Shown: positions 1 to 9,029 of the stretch, one piece after another
Layout: every line of letters starts with the position of its first letter
How positions within the stretch are numbered: the first letter of the stretch is position 1
Source of the DNA: a virus
Direction: 5' to 3' (one strand)
IMG/VR virus record: IMGVR_UViG_3300014913_000009
Coordinates: 25,971-89,970 of that record
DNA length: 64,000 bases
The notes under the pieces: model-generated
Told to the model about the DNA's origin: nothing
What the model saw: only the letters and a program-made list of their open reading frames with translations
The model's database searches: none
Program-made: the position numbers and the translations under genes

Positions 1-1
1 A

Positions 2-655
2 GTGATGGAGGGTAAGCCATATATTCTTGTTGTTAATGGAGATGCTCTAGATGGAGTTCATCATAATTCAACCCATCAGATTTCGCATGATTTAGATGAT
101 CAGCAGGACTTGGCGTATAAGATTCTTAAGCCGGTTGTTGATAGGGCGAGGAAATATTATCACATTCGAGGTACGTCAGCACATGTTGGGGAGGCGGGTG
201 TTTATGAAGAGATGTTGGCTAGACGATTGGGTGCAATTCCGAATGATTTACATCAATATGCTAGACATGATTTGTGGCTTGAGATTGGTGATTCATTAGC
301 ACATATTATGCATACAATAGGAACTACTGGGAGTGTGGCATACGAAAGCACTGCGGTGCATAAAGAGCTTGTAGAAGCACTTAATGAATCGGCACGCTAT
401 AATGAAAGACCGCCCGATGCTATCGTCAGAAGCCATCGTCATCGTTACTTTGAGACTAAGTGGGCATCAGCACAAGGTCGGCAATTTTCAGTAGTTACTG
501 CCGGGTGGCAGGGAAAAACGCCTTTCGTATATAAGATTGCAGGAGGAAGGAATTCTAGGCCGCAATTTGGTGGAATTATATTGAAATGGAATCCTGGCGA
601 AGGATTATATTCAAGGGCACTTGTTGAAACGATAGGAAGATCAAAAACAGAATAA
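2..655 (+). CDS. Calcineurin-like metallophosphoesterase (probably 5'-truncated by the window)
   Basis: Motifs VVNGDALDG, IRGTSAH, HIMH, RSHRH in metallophosphoesterase order. Confidence 0.75.
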   Translation: MMEGKPYILVVNGDALDGVHHNSTHQISHDLDDQQDLAYKILKPVVDRARKYYHIRGTSAHVGEAGVYEEMLARRLGAIPNDLHQYARHDLWLEIGDSLAHIMHTIGTTGSVAYESTAVHKELVEALNESARYNERPPDAIVRSHRHRYFETKWASAQGRQFSVVTAGWQGKTPFVYKIAGGRNSRPQFGGIILKWNPGEGLYSRALVETIGRSKTE

Positions 656-690
656 CATTTTATTAATCATGAAAAATAGGAGTATTAACT

Positions 691-990
691 ATGAAAAAGA
701 AAACAAGGAAATCAAGCGTAAAAAAAAGTGCTACTTTGACAAAAAAGAAAAAAGGTAGTATGATAGATATGGATATATGGTTGGAGGCACTAAATGGCAA
801 CCATAAGGTTGAACATAGTGATGATTTTAGATCCTCTTCAGAATATGCCGAATTATGGGGTTGTGGCGAAGCGCGTGCAAGAAAAAGATTGATCGTTTTC
901 AAGAAGGCCGACAGACTTAAAATGTCATTCAGGCCATCAGTATCATTATCAGGCAAGAGAACCCAAACCCCAATTTACAAAATAGTATAA
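691..990 (+). CDS. Small basic hypothetical protein, possibly DNA-binding
   Basis: AGGAG SD upstream; Lys-rich N-terminus; HTH-like SSSEYAELWGCGEARARKRL. Confidence 0.55.
   Translation: MKKKTRKSSVKKSATLTKKKKGSMIDMDIWLEALNGNHKVEHSDDFRSSSEYAELWGCGEARARKRLIVFKKADRLKMSFRPSVSLSGKRTQTPIYKIV
736..764 (+). promoter_or_regulatory. Sigma70-type promoter upstream of the tRNA and glycosylation cluster
   Basis: TTGACA (736-741), 17 bp spacer, TATGAT (759-764). Confidence 0.6.
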
Positions 991-999
991 TTTTTAGGT

Positions 1000-1073
1000 T
1001 GCAAGATAGAGTAGAGGTCACTCGACGGTCTCATAAGCCGTATACCCTGGTTCGATTCCAGGTCTTGCAACCA
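1000..1073 (+). tRNA. tRNA-Met (CAT), initiator-like
   Basis: Cloverleaf: acceptor TGCAAGA/TCTTGCA, D stem GAGT/ACTC, anticodon stem ACGGT/GCCGT with loop CTCATAA, T arm CCTGG-TTCGATT-CCAGG, encoded ACCA end. Confidence 0.93.
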
Positions 1074-1090
1074 TTTTTTTTTTTTTTTTT
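1074..1090 (+). terminator. T17 tract directly after the tRNA CCA (possible terminator/attenuator)
   Basis: 17 consecutive T after a structured RNA; run length may be a homopolymer artefact. Confidence 0.35.
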
Positions 1091-1100
1091 AATATCAGTT

Positions 1101-1754
1101 ATGACTAAAACAAAAATGAAAATAGTTGCATTCATGCCTATCAAGTTGAATAGTCAGCGTTTGCCATGTAAAAATATCAAACCATTGAATGGCAGGCCTA
1201 TGTTAAACTATGCCATTGATACTGTAAATAGTCTTAATAGTATAGACAATTACATATTCTGCTCAGATCCAAAAGTAATGGATTATGTGGAGAGTAGTAA
1301 TGTTGAATTCCTACAAAGAGATACATCATTAGATAGTGATAATACTTTGGGTAGCGAAATTTATGACGCTTTCATCAAGCAGATAGATGCAGATGCTTAC
1401 ATCTTATATCATGCCACTTCCCCCCTCCTTGAAAAAAAGTATTATGAACAAGGAATACATTCCATAAATATGGGAATGTCTTCTGCATTTACAGTTTTTA
1501 GGCACCAGACATTTGCATGGTATAGGCGAATGCCACTCAACTTCGATATCGAAATACATCCACGTACCCAGGATTTGAATCCGATTATGACAGAAACGTC
1601 CGGCTTCTATATGTTTAGAAAAGAAATATGGGATTGGCATAAGCGGAGAATAGGCCCTAGTCCCGATTTGGTCGAAGTAGATTTCTGGTCTTCTGTTGAT
1701 ATAGATTATCAATGGCAGTTCGACTTATGTGAAAGGAAACTTAAAAATGTCTAA
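1101..1754 (+). CDS. NeuA-family acylneuraminate/nonulosonate cytidylyltransferase
   Basis: KIVAFMPIKLNSQRLPCKNIKPLNGRPML, HATSPLL, PRTQDL, ETSGFY, VDIDY; start moved to ATG 1101 (or 1116) because the 999 start lies in the tRNA. Confidence 0.88.
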   Translation: MTKTKMKIVAFMPIKLNSQRLPCKNIKPLNGRPMLNYAIDTVNSLNSIDNYIFCSDPKVMDYVESSNVEFLQRDTSLDSDNTLGSEIYDAFIKQIDADAYILYHATSPLLEKKYYEQGIHSINMGMSSAFTVFRHQTFAWYRRMPLNFDIEIHPRTQDLNPIMTETSGFYMFRKEIWDWHKRRIGPSPDLVEVDFWSSVDIDYQWQFDLCERKLKNV

Positions 1755-2358
1755 TATAAAACCACTTGCGATATTGTCAAAATGCAAAGGTCGAGTTACA
1801 ATACTTGGAAGCGGACCATCCTCAAACAACTATAGCATTACAACAGATACTGTTATCATTCCCAACCGATCTATTTGTGCTTCCGCGATTAAAGGCAAGC
1901 AAGTAATCTGGGTCTTGGGTTCGGGGACGTTCAAAAAACAAATTGTTGAATTGCATAAGGACTTTCTTCTTAGGAAGGCAGAAGATCCACAAATAATTGT
2001 TTTAAGGTGTGCTGGCAATTTGGATAAGTATCAAGAGATATATAACCTTCTTAAATCTGAAACAAATGCAACGATTGTATACATTCCGGTAGCGACTGTT
2101 ATATCGACTGGAGCGGAATGTGTTAAAATTGCACTACTTCTTGGTTATGATAACTTGCAAGTTGCCGGTATTGAGATGGGTGTTGATACGACGTATTCCC
2201 AAGATATTCTTAATAATAATTTGGGACTCGACTCGGGTAAAAGGCATCTGAATGAAGATAAAGCATATTTTAATACGATGGACACAAAAGAAAAGCGTTT
2301 GATTCATCCGGTTGAAAATTCAGGTTTGTATACTTTTTTAGGGTATCCGAATGCTTGA
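1747..2358 (+). CDS. Sialyltransferase/Maf-like (GT29/GT42/DUF115-type fold) glycosyltransferase 1
   Basis: VTILGSGPS ... ISTG ... ALLLGYDNLQVAGIEM ... H, resembling sialyl-motif L/S architecture; adjacent to NeuA-like gene. Confidence 0.6.
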   Translation: MSNIKPLAILSKCKGRVTILGSGPSSNNYSITTDTVIIPNRSICASAIKGKQVIWVLGSGTFKKQIVELHKDFLLRKAEDPQIIVLRCAGNLDKYQEIYNLLKSETNATIVYIPVATVISTGAECVKIALLLGYDNLQVAGIEMGVDTTYSQDILNNNLGLDSGKRHLNEDKAYFNTMDTKEKRLIHPVENSGLYTFLGYPNA

Positions 2359-3574
2359 CATTCTTCCTATAAAACAAATTCGCAAATTGCAAATTCAGCA
2401 AATTCAACAACAGATAAACCTACTACACAATGCGGCTTCTGACAAAACCTGTTATATATTAACATGCGGTCCATCACTACAAAAAGTATGGACAGATGAA
2501 ATGAAAGATTTATTAAAAGATAAATTTGTAATTACAGTTAAACAGGCATCGAGATTGGCTGGCGACATATCCGATATACATATTGCTAATGAGCATAATG
2601 CAGAATCATACTCCGTTAATCAAAATACTTTAAAAATTTCTACACTAAGTAAAGATATTAAAAATAATTATAATGCTGATATATGCTTTATTCCCAAATA
2701 TTTTAATTACCGTTTTCAGATATTCAAAGATCGCAAAGTAGAGAATCATGCTCTGAGTAAAACGCTTATACGCCCATTCCCGGGAATGATGACGGAGATT
2801 GGGATGTATTTGCCAGAACATCTTGGGTGTACTAAAACGATCATAATCGGATGGGATTTAAATCCACATGACTTGAGGCATTTTTATAGCAATGATAAAG
2901 TCCATGAAGTCGAGGAGTACAAAAAAATCATTGATCTTTCTCCACGCATTGTAGAATGGTATGAGAGTGTTGGCAAGGAAATTTATCTTTATTCTCCATT
3001 ATCCGCACTAAAAATACCACAAATTTCAGAAGAAGAATTTTACAAAGAGCACAGAACAATGTATAATACTAATAGTGACCGTTTTTTTAATAACCCTATT
3101 CACAATAAGGGAGTTGTAATGTCAAGTATTGAAATTAAAACAAAAAGTGTTACTCAGATTGAGAAAAGTAAGGTGAAAGTCATCTTTTCCATTACTAATT
3201 CGGGGGATGCAATATCAACCTCCGAAAAACATTCGCTACATTTTCGTCCGCATGACAATCTTAAGAACATAGCAGGGCAAGTGATGGATATTAATAGAAT
3301 CGACAAAGGGCAGACTATTGAAGTAGAGCAAATTTGTCCAATTGATAAAATTGGCGATGCTCGCTTTGGACTTGTCATAGAAGGAAAAAAATGGCTTGTC
3401 AAAGGCGTTGAGATAGATGGTGAAATTATCCCGTTGCCTAAGCCAAAAGAAAAAGTAGTAATAAAGACACAGGAGGAGCAAGAAGAGGGGAAGTCAGTAC
3501 ACTCATCCCCCAAGAAGGGAAGCAAAAGGAAAAGGAAAAAGCGAAAATACACACGCAAGAGCAACGAATCCTAA
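2351..3574 (+). CDS. Maf/DUF115-like glycosyltransferase with C-terminal Ig-like domain and basic tail
   Basis: CYILTCGPSL, LGCTKTIIIGWDL, HFY; C-terminal VKVIFSITNSG...GLVIEGKKWL beta-sandwich; KKGSKRKRKKRK tail. Confidence 0.62.
   Translation: MLDILPIKQIRKLQIQQIQQQINLLHNAASDKTCYILTCGPSLQKVWTDEMKDLLKDKFVITVKQASRLAGDISDIHIANEHNAESYSVNQNTLKISTLSKDIKNNYNADICFIPKYFNYRFQIFKDRKVENHALSKTLIRPFPGMMTEIGMYLPEHLGCTKTIIIGWDLNPHDLRHFYSNDKVHEVEEYKKIIDLSPRIVEWYESVGKEIYLYSPLSALKIPQISEEEFYKEHRTMYNTNSDRFFNNPIHNKGVVMSSIEIKTKSVTQIEKSKVKVIFSITNSGDAISTSEKHSLHFRPHDNLKNIAGQVMDINRIDKGQTIEVEQICPIDKIGDARFGLVIEGKKWLVKGVEIDGEIIPLPKPKEKVVIKTQEEQEEGKSVHSSPKKGSKRKRKKRKYTRKSNES
3039..3067 (+). promoter_or_regulatory. Intragenic sigma70-type promoter
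   Basis: TTTACA (3039-3044), 17 bp, TATAAT (3062-3067); followed by SD AAGGGAG and in-frame ATG 3119. Confidence 0.5.
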
Positions 3575-3600
3575 TTGCTTGGGCTGCTACTGATAAAGTC

Positions 3601-4209
3601 TTGTCTAGATTTGTAAAATGCAATGCTATGCAGGATAAGAAATCTTATTGGAAAAAGTTTGACAAACTTATTGTGACAAATCATACGAGTAAGTTTGATG
3701 TAAATATATTTGCCGACTTCGACATAAAGAGAATAGATACTCATTCTCAAGTTCCGGGTCAAAAAAACCGAAAAGACTTTAATTTATCTAAGGTGAGAAA
3801 TGCTAGCCTTGACTATGCTGCTGAAAATAACTATGACTTTTTAGTTGTAGTAGATGTTGATTGTATAGTATATTCATATCCGTCCAACCTTGACGACAAA
3901 AGAATTGGAGGTGTGAAGTTCCGATGCAAGTCAGGAGAAGAGATTTTCGACAGTAGATCTAATTGCCGCACGGGAACAGCGTCATGGTTTATTATACCCA
4001 AATCCCTTTTTCACCTTAGATGGCACGAAGGTTTTGTGGGCTATGGATGGGAAGATATGGATTGGGCGATGAATGTAGTAGGAAAACGGGGATACAAGAC
4101 ATATGGAAGTAATATGGAGTGTGCACACATTTCACACAAAGAGGAGTTTCCCGATGGCAAAATACTGAAGAATAATTCTGCATTATTCGAAAGAAGAAAA
4201 AGCATTTAA
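3601..4209 (+). CDS. GT-A glycosyltransferase (GT2/GT7-C-like); start uncertain
   Basis: FNLSKVRN, DxD motif VVVDVDC, WHEGFVGYGWEDMDW, HISH. Confidence 0.8.
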   Translation: MSRFVKCNAMQDKKSYWKKFDKLIVTNHTSKFDVNIFADFDIKRIDTHSQVPGQKNRKDFNLSKVRNASLDYAAENNYDFLVVVDVDCIVYSYPSNLDDKRIGGVKFRCKSGEEIFDSRSNCRTGTASWFIIPKSLFHLRWHEGFVGYGWEDMDWAMNVVGKRGYKTYGSNMECAHISHKEEFPDGKILKNNSALFERRKSI

Positions 4210-4228
4210 ATAGAACTCAGATTAAAAG

Positions 4229-4834
4229 ATGAAGAAAAGCAACATGATTACCATTCTCGGAAGTGGAATTAGTGCTCATAATTATGAGATAAAAACTTCG
4301 TCAGTTATAGTTTCCAATGGATCATTATTATCTCCATCAATAAAAGGAAAAAGTATCACATGGATTACCGGAGGAGATACTGGACAAAGAGTCGATCATT
4401 ATAAAAATATTGTAGATAATGCCGCAAAGATCCCGACCTCTATAGTGATACAATACAATGAGATACAGCATATTAATGATATTCTCAAATTTGCTCAATA
4501 TGCGAAAAAAGCATTTGAAATAGACCCTATATTTATACCATCATACAGACCAATTGAATGCGAGCAATTTACAAAAAATGTTATATCAACTGGAATGAGA
4601 TGTATTGAAATAGCATTAAAGTATTATAACGAAATTTTTGTTGCAGGTATCGAGATGGGAATTAACACAAATTACGACGATACACTAATCAAGAAAAATG
4701 CACATGGATATTCTGCTACTTTACATCTTGAAAAGGATAAAACATTTCTTAAAAGTTTGAATAAAAATAATCTAAATAAAATCAAACCTTGCGATAAGTC
4801 GGGATTGAAAAAATTTATGGATGCCTTAATATGA
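4229..4834 (+). CDS. Sialyltransferase/Maf-like glycosyltransferase 2 (paralog of 1747..2358)
   Basis: ITILGSGISAHNY, ISTGMRCIEIAL, VAGIEMG, HLEKDK align with the 1747 protein. Confidence 0.6.
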   Translation: MKKSNMITILGSGISAHNYEIKTSSVIVSNGSLLSPSIKGKSITWITGGDTGQRVDHYKNIVDNAAKIPTSIVIQYNEIQHINDILKFAQYAKKAFEIDPIFIPSYRPIECEQFTKNVISTGMRCIEIALKYYNEIFVAGIEMGINTNYDDTLIKKNAHGYSATLHLEKDKTFLKSLNKNNLNKIKPCDKSGLKKFMDALI

Positions 4835-5673
4835 ATATCGACAATATAAAACCACCCCCGGACGGAAAAAACCAGATTACAAGATCGCGAAATAGCGACA
4901 TTGAAAAAAACGATGTAATTACATTTATTTCCGGCGAAGAAGATATGGCATTTCCATTAGTATCAAATCTTCTTGTGAATGAATATCCCGAAGGCGAACG
5001 CGTAACAATCTCCAAAAAGAAAGTAAAAGAACTCGAGGATTGGTATAAGGGACGTATTTCCGGATACCACATGTCTCTCGTAATGACTTGCGCAGAGCAA
5101 TGCCCATATATAAAACAATGTCCAATAAAAAGAATGGGAATTGATATTCCTGAAGGACATCCATGTGCTTGGGAGTCTGGATTATTTAAGGCTCGTGTTG
5201 CCGGATTGTGTGCAGAATTAAATGTAGATCCACAAGACAAAAACCAATATGTCGATTACAATACTATAAGAGAAATCTCATCCGTCGAAATGTTACTCGA
5301 GAGAGTCTCCATGGAAATTAGCACAAAACCAAGAAGTGTCATTCCTCAGGCAGTCGGCATTGATGGTGATGGACATGCAATATTTCAGGACATGATAAAT
5401 AAAAGATACGAATGGCTCAATCAATTGACGCGCAAAAAGGTTGGACTTCTGGAAAGTTTGTCAGCTACTAGACGTGAGAGAATAAAGGCGGGTGTTGCTA
5501 CAGGACAAGATCCAGCGAGCTATGTGACAGATTTAATGAATCGTAAAATGCGCCTAATTGACATGAGGGTCGGAGACGAAACAATAACAACACGAGATCA
5601 TCCTGAGATTCCAGAGCCGGACGACGACGGGATGATCTCATTTGAAATTGACGAGGATGAATTAGGTGCCTGA
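4831..5673 (+). CDS. Cys-cluster hypothetical protein, candidate terminase small subunit
   Basis: CxxxCPxxxxCP...PCxWE then helical region and acidic tail; first gene of the morphogenesis block. Confidence 0.35.
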   Translation: MNIDNIKPPPDGKNQITRSRNSDIEKNDVITFISGEEDMAFPLVSNLLVNEYPEGERVTISKKKVKELEDWYKGRISGYHMSLVMTCAEQCPYIKQCPIKRMGIDIPEGHPCAWESGLFKARVAGLCAELNVDPQDKNQYVDYNTIREISSVEMLLERVSMEISTKPRSVIPQAVGIDGDGHAIFQDMINKRYEWLNQLTRKKVGLLESLSATRRERIKAGVATGQDPASYVTDLMNRKMRLIDMRVGDETITTRDHPEIPEPDDDGMISFEIDEDELGA

Positions 5674-8467
5674 TCCAAGAGATCCAAGTAGCATCCCCGG
5701 AAAATCCGCCAGACAGGCAGTAATCAATCCCGCCTCTCGAATACAGCATGTCGATGATATACTCGGCTTCAATCAAATCCCTACCGCCTCGTCCAAACAA
5801 AGAGCCCTCCTCGCTGCCCGCCAGTATTCCCCATCGGGCATTCGCCCACAAGGACCATTTACTCAGGGGCAGGGTAATGGTCTTTGGTTTATGGACATTG
5901 AAACACTCGGATTAGATAGCGCGTCTCCCGTTACCATGGGAAGTGTGATGTCTCGAAGTGGCATTGAATCTTTGAGCGGAAATCTTCAGGAGAAGATGAT
6001 TAGGTCAGGACAATTCGACGAATCAATACTTCCTGGGTTTGGAAGTGCTGGAGGAAAGATTAAAGGATTACATAATCTCGCAGAATCCGAATGGGACGAT
6101 CTTGTGAGAAGTATAGATAATGCAACCGATTCCGCAGGAAATAATAAACTTAAGGACATTATGGCGGGGCAGTCAAGCAGAGCAATACTCGACGAAGCCA
6201 AGCAAACTGGGAGACACCCTGCTGATGTCCTCTTATCTAAAATGCGGGAAACGAGAAAGGCAGAGGATTTTGGTGCATTATTCAATGCAAAGAAAACAAA
6301 CAAACGTGCGGGAGATTGGTTTGCCAAGAAGATAAAGATGATTAGCGATCATGGTGGGGGCACATTGGTCGTCCATAATCTGCCATTTGAATCACGCATA
6401 ATGAGTACGAGATTTACAGACAAAGGATATAAGACCCAGGTTGAGCCTTATTTATATGCATCGTCAATACAAAAGTCCGGCAAAATTGACAAAAGGATGT
6501 ACTCCACTTCAAAAGAAGTTAGTCGATTGTCCGATATGCTCCATATTAAAACTCGTGCCGGAGTTGGGGTTGGAGATACTGGAAAGCAATTATTTCAAGC
6601 CGTCAAATCTCATATATCTACTCCTGCCGACGGATACGTAAAACTTCTTGATAGCCGCGATATTATGCGTTCTGTTAATGCAATGGCAGAAGAGCAGGGG
6701 TTCTTGAGTTCAATTGGAGTTACTCGTGGGTCATCCGTTGATGATTTTTTGCAAGCATTAGATCCCAATCTTAAAGAGTTTCATTTACCATCAGCCGATG
6801 ATGTTGCCACAGAAGCATTGCTATCACATCAAATGCAAGCCGGAGAATTACTTGCAAAAGGTGATAAAGAAGCCAAGAAGCAACTTCAGTCCAAATTCGG
6901 CGATTACTTCAAGAGGCTGGACATCATCAGAACGGATAGTCGGCGAGCCGAAAAATATCTCGTTGAAAGATTATCAAATCAAATAGCCAATACACTTGCC
7001 GGCAAAGATGTGCGATTGATGGAAGGGAATACTATTAATGGCGTTTTTGTTCCCACGGTAAATGCTTATGAAGGAACTCGCTCAGTATATGATCCAAATG
7101 TTGGCAAAAAGGTTGCCGAAACATATTCAGTACATCGTCCAAAATATTCATCATCACAAAGAACGATAGATGAATTATTTGAATACAATTGGAACGCAAC
7201 GTCAAAATATCACAGAAAAAATATTTCCAGAAAAAGATATGATGCTATAAGAGATTCTTTGAAACCCATACTTGAAAAAGGCGAAGCCCTTGATGATGCT
7301 GGACTATTATTGCAGAAAGAAATACAAACGTTAATCAGCAAGGGCGATGATGTCTCAATAAAAGGGATTGAGGCGATCATTGCAAAGCAATCGACCAAAG
7401 CAATGGGAAGTGCAACAAAAGCCGCCGAGGCCGCTTCACGCTTCTCTAAAGCGAAGTGGTTGGGAGTTGGCGTTGGAATTGGACTTGCCGCGACAATGCT
7501 ATGGGAAGGTAATCCTGAAAGAAATACAGAAAGGATGACTTCCATAAATCGCGGTGGTAGTGGATCTCCTACTGGAAGTGCTGCGATTGGCGGTGGATTA
7601 GCAGTTGCGGGAATTGCAGGTGCATTAAAAGCGGGGAAAGGATCCCCCGCGTCTTATGGTGCAGTATTGGCCGGCGGATATGCATTGGCAAGTGGAGTTC
7701 ATGATGTCCTTAATGACAACAAATCGTCAGATTGGGGTGGGTCGTTAGGTGCTGGGATTACTGCCGCAGCATTTGGGGGCGTTGCTTATGCAGGGGCCGG
7801 AGGGCTGGGGAAGTTAGGACGACCGGAGTTTTTAAGCAAGGTGGATGATATGTGGAAGGGGCTAGGCGGGCAAAGAATGGGATTTGCTGCTGCCGGAATT
7901 ATTGGTGCGGGATTAATAGCATCTTATATGTTGGATGATAATCCCGAAGTTTCCAATCCAATGAGTGAGGCAAGTCATCGCACGCATTCAGATTTTGGCT
8001 CACCATACAAAGGGAGGCGAGTATCTGCTGCTATTGGCGGCTTATTCGAAGATGTTGTCGAAGGAACAAATAAATATATAGGAAAAGTAAGAGGGGGGAT
8101 GAAGGGTATAGTCAAAACAACGTCGTTGAAAAAACCGGGTAGTGGACTTATAGTTCATAATGCGACATACTCTGGAAAACAATCAGTCGCAAAAATATCA
8201 CTATTGGAATCGGCTATGGAGCAAACGGCAAGCAGACCCGAAATACTTGGAAGAACATCAAGATTGATGCCAAGTGTTGATGATGTCGTTCCATTCAAAA
8301 GAATTGCCCAAAAAGGAGGCTTGCCCGAAATGCCATCCAAGGGTAAAATAGAATTGCCTTTACCACCGCGTGTAGGTATTCCTCGCGTACAAGGAAGTAA
8401 AACCAATACGCCATTTAATGTTGGTAGCAATGGAAAGAGTCGGGCAAATGCTAGTTGTATGTATTAA
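5666..8467 (+). CDS. DEDD(h) 3'-5' exonuclease-like domain fused to Gly/Ala-rich hydrophobic segments
   Basis: ExoI FMDIETLGL, ExoII VHNLPFE, LLDSRD, ExoIII HLPSADD; about five hydrophobic Gly-rich helices in the C-terminal third. Confidence 0.6.
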   Translation: MPDPRDPSSIPGKSARQAVINPASRIQHVDDILGFNQIPTASSKQRALLAARQYSPSGIRPQGPFTQGQGNGLWFMDIETLGLDSASPVTMGSVMSRSGIESLSGNLQEKMIRSGQFDESILPGFGSAGGKIKGLHNLAESEWDDLVRSIDNATDSAGNNKLKDIMAGQSSRAILDEAKQTGRHPADVLLSKMRETRKAEDFGALFNAKKTNKRAGDWFAKKIKMISDHGGGTLVVHNLPFESRIMSTRFTDKGYKTQVEPYLYASSIQKSGKIDKRMYSTSKEVSRLSDMLHIKTRAGVGVGDTGKQLFQAVKSHISTPADGYVKLLDSRDIMRSVNAMAEEQGFLSSIGVTRGSSVDDFLQALDPNLKEFHLPSADDVATEALLSHQMQAGELLAKGDKEAKKQLQSKFGDYFKRLDIIRTDSRRAEKYLVERLSNQIANTLAGKDVRLMEGNTINGVFVPTVNAYEGTRSVYDPNVGKKVAETYSVHRPKYSSSQRTIDELFEYNWNATSKYHRKNISRKRYDAIRDSLKPILEKGEALDDAGLLLQKEIQTLISKGDDVSIKGIEAIIAKQSTKAMGSATKAAEAASRFSKAKWLGVGVGIGLAATMLWEGNPERNTERMTSINRGGSGSPTGSAAIGGGLAVAGIAGALKAGKGSPASYGAVLAGGYALASGVHDVLNDNKSSDWGGSLGAGITAAAFGGVAYAGAGGLGKLGRPEFLSKVDDMWKGLGGQRMGFAAAGIIGAGLIASYMLDDNPEVSNPMSEASHRTHSDFGSPYKGRRVSAAIGGLFEDVVEGTNKYIGKVRGGMKGIVKTTSLKKPGSGLIVHNATYSGKQSVAKISLLESAMEQTASRPEILGRTSRLMPSVDDVVPFKRIAQKGGLPEMPSKGKIELPLPPRVGIPRVQGSKTNTPFNVGSNGKSRANASCMY

Positions 8468-8477
8468 GGAGATATAA

Positions 8478-9023
8478 ATGCCATTAATAGGAACATCTTA
8501 CGGATCGTCATCTCATATGCAGGGTGGCTACGAGGGATTTATTAAGACCGGATTCTCTGGAAGTATGGCGCTTGATATGACTGCGTTTGGGGCGATTGAC
8601 ACGATGGTAAAAGGGAGTGCAGTTAAAGCAAATCCAATAACTGGAAGATTACCTGGATTCAAGCATCTGTATAGTTTCCTTGATAAAAACAAAGTCACGT
8701 CCGCAGCACTTCAGCGAATGAGTAAAAGTGTGTTCATGGGGAAATTGGGAGCAATAACGAATGTGTGGATGAGTGGACTAATGGGTGGTATGGCTGGAAC
8801 TATGAGCACGATGGCTATCGGAGCATTGGGCGATTATGGATTGCAGCAAGGAGCGGAAAAACGACGCAAAAAATTTACGGGAAATGTAGAAATGTACGGG
8901 GAAGGATTTCGCGACACCAAAAATGCACAAACAATGAGACAAACAGCATTATCTATGGTGCAGCAATCCCAACTGGGTGTTAGGAGTGCATTAGGCAGAG
9001 AAGCATTTCACATGCATAGGTAG
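8478..9023 (+). CDS. Gly/Met-rich hypothetical virion protein
   Basis: Strong SD TAAGGAG; hydrophobic GLMGGMAG segment. Confidence 0.6.
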   Translation: MPLIGTSYGSSSHMQGGYEGFIKTGFSGSMALDMTAFGAIDTMVKGSAVKANPITGRLPGFKHLYSFLDKNKVTSAALQRMSKSVFMGKLGAITNVWMSGLMGGMAGTMSTMAIGALGDYGLQQGAEKRRKKFTGNVEMYGEGFRDTKNAQTMRQTALSMVQQSQLGVRSALGREAFHMHR

Positions 9024-9029
9024 GGGAAT

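Noticed and set aside
999-1100. N-terminal extension of the cytidylyltransferase ORF (MQDRVEV...FFFFFL)
   Set aside because: It is the tRNA and T-tract read in frame; the real start is 1101 or 1116
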